Part shown: positions 23,629 to 33,297 of the stretch, in pieces
How positions within the stretch are numbered: position 1 is the stretch's first letter
Layout of the letters: every line of letters starts with the position of its first letter
Assembly: GCA_022819805.1 (NCBI GenBank)
Contig: JAJEGO010000014.1
Coordinates: 6,521 to 70,520 of the forward strand
DNA length: 64,000 nucleotides
Reading direction: 5' to 3'
From: Candidatus Dadabacteria bacterium
GTDB taxonomy: Bacteria; Desulfobacterota_D; UBA1144; Nemesobacterales; Nemesobacteraceae
Translations under genes and position numbers: made by a program
The notes under the pieces: model-generated
Databases searched by the model: none
Seen by the model: the letters and a program-made list of their open reading frames with translations, nothing else
Told to the model about the DNA's origin: nothing

Positions 23629-24399
23629 ATGGAAGAGAAAAAGACTTTCGAGGATATAGTTTCACTTGCGAGGCGTCTTCGCGCTCCGGGAGGCTGCCCA
23701 TGGGACAGAGAGCAGACGCTCGAGTCGCTTCGGGCGTACGTTCTTGAAGAGGCCTACGAGGTGATACAGGCAATAGAACTTCAGGACACGGACGGACTCA
23801 TGGAGGAGCTAGGAGATTTTCTCTTCCAGGTTGTTTTTATTTCCCAGATAGCGAACGAGGAGGGGAGGTTCGACATAGGCGACGTCACCCAGAGGCTCCA
23901 TGACAAACTTATAAGAAGGCACCCTCACGTGTTCGGGGCGAAAAAGGCCAAGGACGCTGAAGAGGCCTTAAGGACCTGGAACGCCGAGAAACTCAAGGAG
24001 AAAAAAGGGAAACCCGATCTGGAGGAAATACCGAGAGCCATGCCCTCTTTGATGAGGGCGCAGAGAGTCGGCGAGAAGGCGGCCCGCTCTGGATTTGACT
24101 GGAGCGATGTTTCCTCGGCTCTTGCGAAGGTAAAAGAGGAGTTGGCCGAGCTTGAGCGTGAGATTGAGGCCGGCGAGAAAGACAGGTGCCGGGAGGAGTG
24201 GGGGGACCTCGTTTTCTCCGTCGTGAACATCGCAAGACACCTCGACATCGACGCCGAGACCGCGTCTCACGGGGCCACTGAGAAGTTCATAGAGAGATTC
24301 TCCCGGTTCGAGGAGAAAGCACAGACCGCAGAGAAAGAGATAACCGCTCTTTCCGCAGAGCAAATGGACGAGATCTGGGAAGAGGTAAAAAAGAGATAG
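23629..24399 (+). CDS. mazG: Nucleoside triphosphate pyrophosphohydrolase MazG (tandem MazG domains)
   Basis: CPWDREQTLESLRAYVLEEAYEV plus a second EEWGDLVFSVVNIARHL repeat. Confidence 0.85.
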   Translation: MEEKKTFEDIVSLARRLRAPGGCPWDREQTLESLRAYVLEEAYEVIQAIELQDTDGLMEELGDFLFQVVFISQIANEEGRFDIGDVTQRLHDKLIRRHPHVFGAKKAKDAEEALRTWNAEKLKEKKGKPDLEEIPRAMPSLMRAQRVGEKAARSGFDWSDVSSALAKVKEELAELEREIEAGEKDRCREEWGDLVFSVVNIARHLDIDAETASHGATEKFIERFSRFEEKAQTAEKEITALSAEQMDEIWEEVKKR

Positions 24400-24457
24400 T
24401 TTTTTGGGTATTGTTTAGCGGGTTTGAAAAGGATTAACAGGCAAAGGAGAAGATAAC

Positions 24458-25363
24458 ATGAGATACACAGCGGCAAATGCGAGTTTTTGGCTTGTGGCGA
24501 TACTTTTGATTCTTGGTTCATCGCAGGCTTCGGCCGAGGATAAGTTCTATATCGGGCTTGAGGGGGGATTTTCAAAGTCGGGAGATCTGGGCATTTCCCA
24601 TTCTTTTGTAAATCACCCAACCCGGTGCGATTCGCTTCTTTATCCCTCGGGCGCGACTCCGCCGACTGACGCGGAATGTGTGGCCGATAAAACATCGACC
24701 GTCGCGAATGTGTTTAGCCCCGGCACGGGGTTTGTGGCCGGTGCGACTTTTGGTTATGCGCTCGGCAACGGGCTGCGCTTTGAAGCGGAGTACCTTAACC
24801 GCCGTCAGTCCTCCGAGAGAAGGCTCGTGCGTCTCGGTTCGGCGAGCGATGATCCGCTTGATCAGAAGAGCAGTGAATGGGATGAGAACGATCCTCCCTC
24901 AGAACGCGTGTATGACATCGGTGCACATCATCTCTTCCTGAACGCTTACTATGACTTGCGCAATGACTCGCCTATTACGCCTTATGTCGGAGCCGGTGTA
25001 GGCATGGGGTCGGTGGAAATGCGCTACTCGGCGAGATTCCTGCGCAGGAGCGATCTGGGAACGGAGCCATGGCAGGATGCCGCGGAAGGCACAACCAGCT
25101 CCATTAATCCTGCGCTTAAAAAAATCAGGTTCGGTTTTCAGGTGATAGGCGGAGTTGATTACGCGCTTGGCGACGATTTCTCAGTTGGCGCCAAGGTCCG
25201 CTGGACACGCCTCAGCGGTTTTGACCGCGACGACGTGCCCTGGACCGAAATCCGGGACCACGCACCTGTACGGGCCGACGGGGTTACGCCGCTTACTTCA
25301 GATTTTGAAGTGGATGACATGGATAACTGGACCGTTACGGTAGGGCTCAAGTATTATCTCTGA
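24458..25363 (+). CDS. Outer membrane beta-barrel protein (OmpA-like TM barrel family), paralog 1
   Basis: Signal peptide MRYTAANASFWLVAILLILGSSQASA. Amphipathic beta-strand pattern. Ends GLKYYL. RBS aaggaga. Confidence 0.7.
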   Translation: MRYTAANASFWLVAILLILGSSQASAEDKFYIGLEGGFSKSGDLGISHSFVNHPTRCDSLLYPSGATPPTDAECVADKTSTVANVFSPGTGFVAGATFGYALGNGLRFEAEYLNRRQSSERRLVRLGSASDDPLDQKSSEWDENDPPSERVYDIGAHHLFLNAYYDLRNDSPITPYVGAGVGMGSVEMRYSARFLRRSDLGTEPWQDAAEGTTSSINPALKKIRFGFQVIGGVDYALGDDFSVGAKVRWTRLSGFDRDDVPWTEIRDHAPVRADGVTPLTSDFEVDDMDNWTVTVGLKYYL

Positions 25364-25510
25364 ACGCTCTACTTTCCGACAAGCGTTCCCATGAGTTTCC
25401 AGTCTTCTTCCACTAAGGTTCCACTTGCGGCGGCGCAGTCCTTTTTCGTTTCGGCTGGTATTGTTTGACCGTGAACGGTTCTTGAGTTGAGAGATACAAG
25501 GAGAAAATAC

Positions 25511-26419
25511 ATGAGACATTTTGCTGGCAACGGGTGTTATTGGTTTGTGGCAGTTCTTTTGGCGTCCGCCTTGTCGGTGACGGATTCCGCGGCGGAAGGT
25601 TTCTATATCGGGCTTGAAGGGGGATTTTCAAAGTCGGGAGACTTGAACGTTTCCCAGTCTTTCATTGATCATCCGACCCGGTGCGATTCGTTTCTCTATC
25701 CTTCCGGCACGACTCCGCCGACCGACCCGGAATGCACCACCGATAGAATATCTACCATTGCAAACGTTTTTGTCCCCGGCGCGGGGTTTATGGGTGGCGC
25801 AACTCTTGGATACGCGCTCGGCAACGGGCTGCGTTTTGAGGCGGAGTATCTAAACCGCCGCCAGGGTTCGCAGAGAAAGCTCGTGCGCCTCGGTTCCGGC
25901 GGCGGCGAAACGTTCGATCAAAAGCAGAGCGAATGGGACGAGAACGATCCTCCCTCAGAACACGTGTATGACTTAAGGGCCCATCATTTCTTCCTGAATG
26001 TCTACTACGACCTGCGCAACGACTCGCCCTTTACGCCCTATATCGGAGGAGGCGCGGGTTTGGGTTCGACGGAAATGCGCTACTCGGCCAGATTCCTGCG
26101 CGGGAGCGCCCTGGGTACGGAACCGTGGCAGGTGGCCGTGGCGGGCACGCTCAGCGACATAGACACGGAACTGGGAAAAACCAGGTTCGGTTTTCAGGTG
26201 ATAGGCGGAGTTGATTACGCGCTTGGCGACGATTTCTCAGTTGGCGCCAAGGTCCGCTGGACACGCCTCAGCGGTTTTGACCGCGACGAGGTGTCCTGGA
26301 CGCGGGTCAGAGGCCACGAATCCATACGCGTCGACGGCGTTACGCCGCTTACGGCCGATTTCGAGGTGGATGACACAGACATCTGGACCTTTACGGTCGG
26401 GCTTAAGTATTATCTCTGA
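25511..26419 (+). CDS. Outer membrane beta-barrel protein, paralog 2 (tandem duplicate)
   Basis: About 75-80% identical to paralog 1, with the same Cys pair (RCDS...PPTD.EC) and the same ...GLKYYL terminus. Start at ATG 25511 after aaggagaaaatac. Confidence 0.7.
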   Translation: MRHFAGNGCYWFVAVLLASALSVTDSAAEGFYIGLEGGFSKSGDLNVSQSFIDHPTRCDSFLYPSGTTPPTDPECTTDRISTIANVFVPGAGFMGGATLGYALGNGLRFEAEYLNRRQGSQRKLVRLGSGGGETFDQKQSEWDENDPPSEHVYDLRAHHFFLNVYYDLRNDSPFTPYIGGGAGLGSTEMRYSARFLRGSALGTEPWQVAVAGTLSDIDTELGKTRFGFQVIGGVDYALGDDFSVGAKVRWTRLSGFDRDEVSWTRVRGHESIRVDGVTPLTADFEVDDTDIWTFTVGLKYYL

Positions 26420-26425
26420 ACGCCT

Positions 26426-27631
26426 CTACTTCCGGACAAGAGTTCCCATGAGCTTCCAGCCTTGCTCGACGAAGATTCCGCTTGAGGCGGCGCTGTCCTC
26501 GGTGTAGACAAGCGAGGCATTTTTTACCAAGCGGTTCGCGGAATCAAGTATGGCGAAGGGAACGGGCTCGTTCGAGTGGGTTCTGAGGTCTATGGGGGTG
26601 GGGTGGTCCGAGAGCACAAGCACCCTGTATTCGCCGAACTGCTCCATCCCCGCAAGCGCAGGCCCCACTACCTTCTGGTCGAAATCCTCGATCGCCCGTA
26701 TCTTGAGGCGGGCGTCTCCCACATGCCCCGTTTCGTCAGGCGCCTCTATGTGGATCATCGCGAGGTCGACCCGGCGCAGCGAGTCAAGAGCGCCGCTTAC
26801 CTTTCCCGCGTAGTTCGTGTCAAGGTACCCGGTCGCTCCCGGAACCTCGATCACTTCCATCGCGGCGAATACGCCTATTCCCTTTACGAGATCGACCGCC
26901 GATATAACGGATCCGGTGATTCCGTAAAGCTCCTGAAGGGACGGCATGTCGGGTCTTGTTCCCTCGCCCCAGAGCCATATGGAGTCGGCGGTGTTTTCCC
27001 CCTCGGCCCTTCTTTTTGCGTTCACGGGGTGATCCTTCAGTATCCCGCGGGATTTCTCCATGAGGCCGAGGAGTTTTTCCGCCCCGTCTCCTGAGGGAAA
27101 CCAGGGGGCGATTTCCTTTCCGGAAATGTCATGAGGCGGAGTTGTTCGGATACCGCTGTTTCCTCCGCGCCAGAGGAGAAGATGCCTGTAGCTTACCCCC
27201 TGGCTCAGCGAAAACTCCTCCCCGTCGAACTCTTTTTTCAGGTCCTCGATTATCCCGGCGGCGTCTTCGTCCGTTATGTGCCCGGCGCTGTAGTCCTCCA
27301 TGACCGTCCGTCCGTCTCTCTCCGCGAGGGTTACGAGGTTGCAGCGGACCGTGACGTCCCTGTCCCCGAGCGAAACCCCGATGCTCGCGGCTTCAAGGGG
27401 GGATCTTCCCGTGTAGTATTTCGTCGGGTTGTAGCCCAGCACCGCCAGGTTTCCCACGTCGCTTCCCGGGGGGAGAGGATCTGGAATGGTCTTCGCGGTC
27501 CCGAAAATCTCCGCCCGCTTCGCTATCGCATCAAGATTCGGGGTGTCGGCCACTTCAAGCGGAGTCCTGCCATCGAGCTCGGAAAGCTTGTGGTCGGGCA
27601 TGCCGTCGCCTTGGAGGATGAGGTATTTCAC
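26426..27631 (-). CDS. 2,3-bisphosphoglycerate-independent phosphoglycerate mutase, archaeal-type (ApgM family; alkaline phosphatase superfamily)
   Basis: 401 aa. N-terminus MKYLILQGDGMPD...TPLEVADTPNLDAIA and metal-binding His/Asp motifs typical of the apgM family. Family-level call only. Confidence 0.7.
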   Translation of the reverse strand: MKYLILQGDGMPDHKLSELDGRTPLEVADTPNLDAIAKRAEIFGTAKTIPDPLPPGSDVGNLAVLGYNPTKYYTGRSPLEAASIGVSLGDRDVTVRCNLVTLAERDGRTVMEDYSAGHITDEDAAGIIEDLKKEFDGEEFSLSQGVSYRHLLLWRGGNSGIRTTPPHDISGKEIAPWFPSGDGAEKLLGLMEKSRGILKDHPVNAKRRAEGENTADSIWLWGEGTRPDMPSLQELYGITGSVISAVDLVKGIGVFAAMEVIEVPGATGYLDTNYAGKVSGALDSLRRVDLAMIHIEAPDETGHVGDARLKIRAIEDFDQKVVGPALAGMEQFGEYRVLVLSDHPTPIDLRTHSNEPVPFAILDSANRLVKNASLVYTEDSAASSGIFVEQGWKLMGTLVRK

Positions 27632-27671
27632 GGTGAGAAGAGGGTATATGTAAATTCAGGGGAATCAAGGC

Positions 27672-28046
27672 TCAGGATATGTCGACCGCGTGCTTTTTAA
27701 GATCGGAGAGATTTATGATCTTGAGTACAGCTTCATGGGTTGACTGAAGAAAAACCGGCGGAGCCACGCCGCTGTCAAGCGCCTCTTTCCAGCGAAGCGC
27801 GCAAAGACACCACCTGTCTCCGGGCTTTAGCCCCTCGAAACCAAACTCGGGGCGGGGGGTTACAAGATCGTTCCCCTTGGATTTCGAAAACGCCAGGAAC
27901 TCCTCGGTCATCTCCGCGCAAACCAGATGAAGCCCCACGTCCTCAACCGCAGCCCTGCAGCAGCCGTCTCTGAAAAATCCGGTCATCGGATCCGTGCTGC
28001 ATTCTTTTAACTCTTCGCCGAATATATTTTTTTCTTCAGTTTTCAT
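27672..28046 (-). CDS. DUF2237-family protein
   Basis: Conserved pattern GFFRDGCC...DVGLHLVCAEMTEEFLAFSKSKGNDLVTP...GLKPGDRWCLCALRWKEA. Confidence 0.5.
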   Translation of the reverse strand: MKTEEKNIFGEELKECSTDPMTGFFRDGCCRAAVEDVGLHLVCAEMTEEFLAFSKSKGNDLVTPRPEFGFEGLKPGDRWCLCALRWKEALDSGVAPPVFLQSTHEAVLKIINLSDLKKHAVDIS

Positions 28047-28141
28047 CCCGTGCGTAGGCAAGATAGGCTCCGGCAGGTCTTCCTTGCTTGAGTATTATAT
28101 ATTGTTTTGCCGAGTATAAGTATATAATTTTCACTCTGAAG

Positions 28142-29431
28142 ATGGCCGATTTCATACTTAAGGGAAAATCCAGAACGTTCAGAGGAGAGATAACCCCTCC
28201 GGGAGATAAATCCATTTCCCACAGGGCTGTTATCCTTGGTTCGCTCGCGCGGGGAAAAACCAGGGCAAGCGGGTTTCTCGTCTCCCGGGACACCCTCGCT
28301 ACGGCAAACGCCTTCAGAAGCATGGGGATCGGGGTGGAAGTAAACGCTGGAGAAGTGGAAATTTCGGGCAATGGGCTTTTCGGCCTCGAAGCGCCCCGGG
28401 AGATAATAGACGCGGAAAATTCGGGAACAACGGCCAGGCTGCTCGCGGGTTTGCTGAGCGCCCAGAGCTTCCCCTCCACAATTACCGGGGACTCCTCGCT
28501 TCGCAGCCGCCCCATGTCGAGAGTGACCGTTCCGCTTCGCATGATGGGGGCCGTGATCTCGGGAGAGGGAGACACCCTCCCGCTTCGCATAACGGGCTCG
28601 GAACTTCGGGGAATTGATTACGGGACTCCCGTGGCGAGCGCGCAGGTGAAATCTGCGCTTCTGCTCGCGGGGCTCTACGCCGCGGGGAGGACCAGCGTAA
28701 CGGAACCTGAAAGAACCCGGGATCACACTGAAAGAATGCTCCGCTACTTCGGAGTTCCGGTTGAAGCGATCGGGAACTGCGTTTCGGTAGGCCCGGGCGT
28801 TGAGTTTTCCGGAAACGAGCTTGAAATCCCCTCGGATATCTCCTCGGCGGCTTTTTTCATTGTTGCTGCGCTTGTAAACCCGGGATCCGAGATCATTGCG
28901 AGAAACGTGGGGCTTAACCCTCTTAGAACTGGAGCGCTTGATATCCTGCGGGAGATGGGTGCCGATATCTCGGTTGAGAACCGCCGCGAGTGCTGCGGAG
29001 AACCGGTCGGAGACATAGTTGCCCGCCACTGCCCGCTGCGCGCCGTGCGGATAGAGGGAGAGTCCGTGTCCCGGGCCATAGACGAGCTTCCCGTTATTTC
29101 CGTGGCTGCGTGTTTTGCCGAGGGTGAGACAGTGATAAGCGGGGCCGGGGAACTTCGGGTAAAGGAAACTGACAGAATAAGCGCCATGGCCGGGGAACTT
29201 TCAAAACTCGGCGCGGACATACGGGAAACACGGGACGGGATGGTTATAAACGGCACAGAGGAGCTTCGTGGCGCGCGCTGCGAGAGCCGCGGGGACCACC
29301 GCGTCGCAATGTCTCTCGCCGTTGCGGCCACGCGGGCCCAGGGGGAGACGGTGATCGGGGACGCCGGATGCGTTTCCATATCGTTTCCCGAGTTCTTCTC
29401 GCTTTTCGAGGCGCTTGGGGACGGGAAATGA
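28142..29431 (+). CDS. aroA: 3-phosphoshikimate 1-carboxyvinyltransferase (EPSP synthase) AroA
   Basis: PGDKSISHRA, NSGTTARLL and LRVKETDRI motifs. About 430 aa. Confidence 0.9.
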   Translation: MADFILKGKSRTFRGEITPPGDKSISHRAVILGSLARGKTRASGFLVSRDTLATANAFRSMGIGVEVNAGEVEISGNGLFGLEAPREIIDAENSGTTARLLAGLLSAQSFPSTITGDSSLRSRPMSRVTVPLRMMGAVISGEGDTLPLRITGSELRGIDYGTPVASAQVKSALLLAGLYAAGRTSVTEPERTRDHTERMLRYFGVPVEAIGNCVSVGPGVEFSGNELEIPSDISSAAFFIVAALVNPGSEIIARNVGLNPLRTGALDILREMGADISVENRRECCGEPVGDIVARHCPLRAVRIEGESVSRAIDELPVISVAACFAEGETVISGAGELRVKETDRISAMAGELSKLGADIRETRDGMVINGTEELRGARCESRGDHRVAMSLAVAATRAQGETVIGDAGCVSISFPEFFSLFEALGDGK

Positions 29432-30102
29432 AGCGAAACAGCGATAATATCGTTACCATAGACGGACCTTCCGGAGTCGGCAAGAGCACCGTCGCGAGAC
29501 GGGTTGCCGAGCTGCTCGGTTTTTCGTTTCTCGAAACGGGGGCGATGTACAGGGCCGTTGCGCTTAAGGTGGAAGAGGCGGGAGTGGACCCGTCCGACAC
29601 CGCTTCGCTCACCCGGCTGCTTTCCGAAACGACCGTGGGGTTTGACGCGGCGGGTCGCGTTCTTCTTGACGGGCGCAATGCTTCAGAACTTATAAGGACG
29701 GAGCAAATATCCTCTCTTTCATCCGAGCTTGCGGAACTAGGCGAAGTAAGGGAGTTTCTCATTGCGATCCAGAGAAAGATCGGGGAGGGCGGAAACATAG
29801 TGGCTGAGGGAAGGGACATGGGAACTTATGTTTTCCCCCGGGCGAAGCACAAGTTCTACCTTGACGCCACGGTTGCCGAGAGAGCGAAAAGAAGATTTCA
29901 TCAGAGCGGGCAAGAGGACACCTCTCTTCTGGATGTTGAAAGCGAGCTTCAAAGAAGGGATCGCCGCGACACGCTTCGCGCGGAGAACCCCCTTCACCCC
30001 GCTTCTGACGCCGTGATAATGGATACGACCCACATGAGCGCAGAAGAGGTGGTTTCAGCAATAGCGCTTCGCGCAAAGGATATTTCCCTTATACCAAACT
30101 GA
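29428..30102 (+). CDS. cmk: Cytidylate kinase Cmk
   Basis: P-loop IVTIDGPSGVGKST. The ATGA overlap with aroA matches the conserved aroA-cmk-rpsA order. Confidence 0.9.
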   Translation: MKRNSDNIVTIDGPSGVGKSTVARRVAELLGFSFLETGAMYRAVALKVEEAGVDPSDTASLTRLLSETTVGFDAAGRVLLDGRNASELIRTEQISSLSSELAELGEVREFLIAIQRKIGEGGNIVAEGRDMGTYVFPRAKHKFYLDATVAERAKRRFHQSGQEDTSLLDVESELQRRDRRDTLRAENPLHPASDAVIMDTTHMSAEEVVSAIALRAKDISLIPN

Positions 30103-30201
30103 AAATAAATTCTCCTCACAACCACTCTTTCCATTTTAGACAGTTTTCGTGTAATCTTGCCTTTATTAGTAAAAGACTGACGGCTAAGGCGGCTAAACAA
30201 A

Positions 30202-31911
30202 ATGACTCAGGATAATGATATTACGGATTCAAATGAAAAAAGCTTTGAGGAGTTGCTTGATGAAAGCATGGAATCGCGCTTGAGCGAACCCGAGAACGGG
30301 GAAATAGCGAAGGGGAGGGTCATAAGGGTTGACTCTGACGCTGTTTTCATAGACCTTGGGTTCAAGTTCGAGTGCATAGTTCCCATAAACCAGTTTCAAA
30401 CCAAGGACGGCGAATATGAAGTCTCGGTAGGCTCGGAGATAGAGGTGATGGTTGAAAGGCCGAACCCGAACACAGTGAGGGCCTCCAAGCAGAAAGCGGA
30501 TCAGATCAGGGAAAAAAAGGCGATTGAGGAGAAGTTCAGAAACAAGGAACCCGTTTCCACAAGAATTCTAAACAGAGTGAAGGGCGGCTTTAACTGCGAT
30601 ATAGGGCAGGGCAGCCCCTTTAAGGTTTTTCTTCCCGGTTCCCAGGTTGCCTTGCGGCCGGTTGCGGATTTTGACGAAATGGTTGGCCAGACGATCGAAA
30701 CCCGCATTATCCAGAACAACGATAACGGCATAGTCGTGTCGAGAAGGGTGATTCTGGAAGAGGAAAGAGAGGAGAAGAAAAAAGAAACGCTCGCAAACAT
30801 CTCGGAAGGTCAGATCATTTCGGGAAACGTCGTGAAGATAATCGATGCCGGCGCCTTCGTGGACATAGGAGGCATAGAGGGCTTTGTTCCGATAGAGGAA
30901 CTTTCCTGGGGAAGGGTAAGGCACCCGGGGGACGTTCTCAAGGAGGGCGAGGACGTGCAGGTCAAGATTCTTCGCCTTGAGATCGAAAACGGAAAAATAA
31001 CCCTGGGAGTGAAGCAGACCACGGAGGATCCGTGGGAGACCATACAGCAGAGATACGAGGTAGGGGGCAGGATCAAGGGGAGAGTGGTTTTCGCCGCGGA
31101 GTTCGGCGTGTTTGTCGAGCTTGAACCCGGGATAGAGGGGCTTGTGCACGTGAGCGAGCTTTCGTGGGTTAAGAATTTCCGCCACCCCAACGAAGTTGTC
31201 TCCGTAGGAAGCGAGATAGAGGTTGCCGTTCTGGGGGTAAAGCCCAAGGAAAGAAGAATTTCGCTTAGCCTCAAGCAGGTACAGGAGAATCCGTGGGATG
31301 AGTTCAAGCGGAACAACCCTCCGAATACCAGGCTGACGGGAACCATAAGAAACGTCACGGAACTCGGAGTCTTCGTCGAGGTCGCCCCTGACATGGTCGG
31401 GCTCGTGCGTCCCGAAAACCTCAGGTGGGAGGGAGAGGCAAGCCCCCTTGAGGTTTTCTCAAGCGAGGATGTCGGGAAGGAAATAGATCTCGTGGTGCTC
31501 AACGTCATCCCGAGGCAGAGGAAAATCGGGCTTGGAGTAAAGCAGCTTACCCCGGACCCCTGGAACAAGGTGCTTCGGGACTACAAGGTGAACGAGACTG
31601 TGGTCACTTCCAATATAGAAGAGATCCTTGATAACGGAGTCACCGTGGCGCTTGCCGACAACGTGAGTGGTTTTTACGCGATCCGCGAATTTCAGGATGA
31701 TGAGCTAAGCCGTGAATCGATTAAGGTTGGAGACGAGATAAGCGGCCTTGTTACGGGTTTTAACAAACCCAAGCACCAGGTGAACCTCAGCCGCAAAAGA
31801 CTTGAGAAAAAGCAGGAGAAAGACACGATGAGAGACTTCGTGTCGTCCCAGCAGGAAGGCTCCTCGAAGCTGGGTGACATCCTGAATGAAAAACTCAAGG
31901 CCCTTGACTGA
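30202..31911 (+). CDS. rpsA: 30S ribosomal protein S1 (six S1 domains)
   Basis: 569 aa with repeated S1-domain motifs (G.V.G.V..I...GAFVDIGG). Confidence 0.9.
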   Translation: MTQDNDITDSNEKSFEELLDESMESRLSEPENGEIAKGRVIRVDSDAVFIDLGFKFECIVPINQFQTKDGEYEVSVGSEIEVMVERPNPNTVRASKQKADQIREKKAIEEKFRNKEPVSTRILNRVKGGFNCDIGQGSPFKVFLPGSQVALRPVADFDEMVGQTIETRIIQNNDNGIVVSRRVILEEEREEKKKETLANISEGQIISGNVVKIIDAGAFVDIGGIEGFVPIEELSWGRVRHPGDVLKEGEDVQVKILRLEIENGKITLGVKQTTEDPWETIQQRYEVGGRIKGRVVFAAEFGVFVELEPGIEGLVHVSELSWVKNFRHPNEVVSVGSEIEVAVLGVKPKERRISLSLKQVQENPWDEFKRNNPPNTRLTGTIRNVTELGVFVEVAPDMVGLVRPENLRWEGEASPLEVFSSEDVGKEIDLVVLNVIPRQRKIGLGVKQLTPDPWNKVLRDYKVNETVVTSNIEEILDNGVTVALADNVSGFYAIREFQDDELSRESIKVGDEISGLVTGFNKPKHQVNLSRKRLEKKQEKDTMRDFVSSQQEGSSKLGDILNEKLKALD

Positions 31912-31922
31912 CGGGTGGTAAA

Positions 31923-32822
31923 GTGAAAGTCCCCGATTTGAATTTCTTTCTTAAGACTTTCCTCTCCCTTCTGGTCATCTTTATTATCTGTTTCGTGGGG
32001 ATCCTTATAGGAGTGCTGATCTCCGATCAGTCCCGGAGCCCCGGCGGGGACGGCGTCGCGGTAATAAACGTAGACGGCGTAATAATCGATTCTGATCCTT
32101 ACATTAAAAGCATAAGGAAAATACGCGAGACCGATTCCGTAAAGGCCGTTGTGGTGAGGATAAATTCCCCCGGAGGGGCCGTTGCCACTTCCCAGGAAGT
32201 GTACGAGGAACTGAAAAGTCTCGGCGAAGCGATGCCGGTTATAGCAAGCATGGGAACGGTTGCCGCCTCTGGTGGCTACTATATCGCCTGCGCGGCCGCC
32301 ACGATTTACGCGAATCCCGGCACCATAACCGGGAGCATCGGCGTGATAGCGCAGTTTGCAAGTTACGAGCAGTTGCTTAAGTGGGCAAAGGTTGAAGTCG
32401 AGGTGATAAAGAGCGGGGAATTCAAGGATCTTGGCTCGCCGCTTCGCAAGATGCCCGAGACGGAGAAGGCCTACCTGCAGACGCTGATAGACAGCGTCCA
32501 CTCCCAGTTCGAGGCCACGGTTTCTGAAAGAAGAAATCTTTCCGCTGAGAAAGTCACCTTGCTTTCCGACGGAAAGATATTCACCGGGAGTCGCGCCAAG
32601 GAACTTGGCTTGGTTGACAGAATCGGGACTCTTGAAACTGCAATTGCGGAGGCGAGAAAACTGGGTGGCCTGGATGAGGATTCGTGGATCAGTGAATATC
32701 CCGTGAAGAGAAAGACGCTGGTTGATTTTGTTTTCCCTGAGACTTTGGCTGAGCGTGCGATTTTTGCCTCTCCCGTAAAAACCGGGTTCGGTCTTTACTA
32801 CATAGCTGACGTGATTTACTAA
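31923..32822 (+). CDS. sppA: Signal peptide peptidase SppA (36K type)
   Basis: N-terminal TM helix, VVRINSPGGAVATSQE and MGTVAASGGYYIACAA motifs. Confidence 0.8.
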   Translation: MKVPDLNFFLKTFLSLLVIFIICFVGILIGVLISDQSRSPGGDGVAVINVDGVIIDSDPYIKSIRKIRETDSVKAVVVRINSPGGAVATSQEVYEELKSLGEAMPVIASMGTVAASGGYYIACAAATIYANPGTITGSIGVIAQFASYEQLLKWAKVEVEVIKSGEFKDLGSPLRKMPETEKAYLQTLIDSVHSQFEATVSERRNLSAEKVTLLSDGKIFTGSRAKELGLVDRIGTLETAIAEARKLGGLDEDSWISEYPVKRKTLVDFVFPETLAERAIFASPVKTGFGLYYIADVIY

Positions 32823-32934
32823 CGCAGCATCGTGCAATGCAACTGGTATTTTCTCAAAAAACCGATATTCTAAGCATTGTTGTCGCTGGATGGGTTGCAC
32901 AGGTGTAGCGAAACCGTTTTTCAAACAACTGATG

Positions 32935-33297
32935 AAACACGTAAAAAGATTTCTTCTCCTGGTCATATGCTGTTTCGTAGCCCTTTTCTTCATCCAGAAC
33001 CTCGAAATAGCCACGCATGTGTTCAGGATCGAGCTTGGCTTTTTCTCCTATAAGTACACCTGGGCAGTCTACAGCGCCGGGATAATGGGGATCTCGTTTA
33101 TTCTGGGCGCGTTTATTTTTTTCCTGCTCAGTCTTTCCAGGGGGTATTCCAGAAAATCTGAATTGAAACGGAGCAGGGAAACCGTAAAGAGCCTGGAGGA
33201 AAAAGTCGGAAAACTAGAGGTGGAGCTTCTCCAGAACAAGTCTGCCGGCTATCGGGAGCAATCTTCCCCCCATGAGATTTTCAGGACGCCGAAATGA
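32935..33297 (+). CDS. Small inner-membrane protein, LapA-like (DUF1049): two TM helices plus a C-terminal coiled coil
   Basis: Hydrophobic segments LLLVICCFVALFFI and AGIMGISFILGAFIFFLL. Coiled coil EEKVGKLEVELLQNK. Confidence 0.4.
   Translation, partial: KHVKRFLLLVICCFVALFFIQNLEIATHVFRIELGFFSYKYTWAVYSAGIMGISFILGAFIFFLLSLSRGYSRKSELKRSRETVKSLEEKVGKLEVELLQNKSAGYREQSSPHEIFRTPK

Noticed and set aside
32823-32934. Weak inverted repeat caatgc...gcattg between sppA and the LapA-like gene
   Set aside because: 6-bp stem with a 36-nt loop and no T-run. Not convincing as a terminator or operator.
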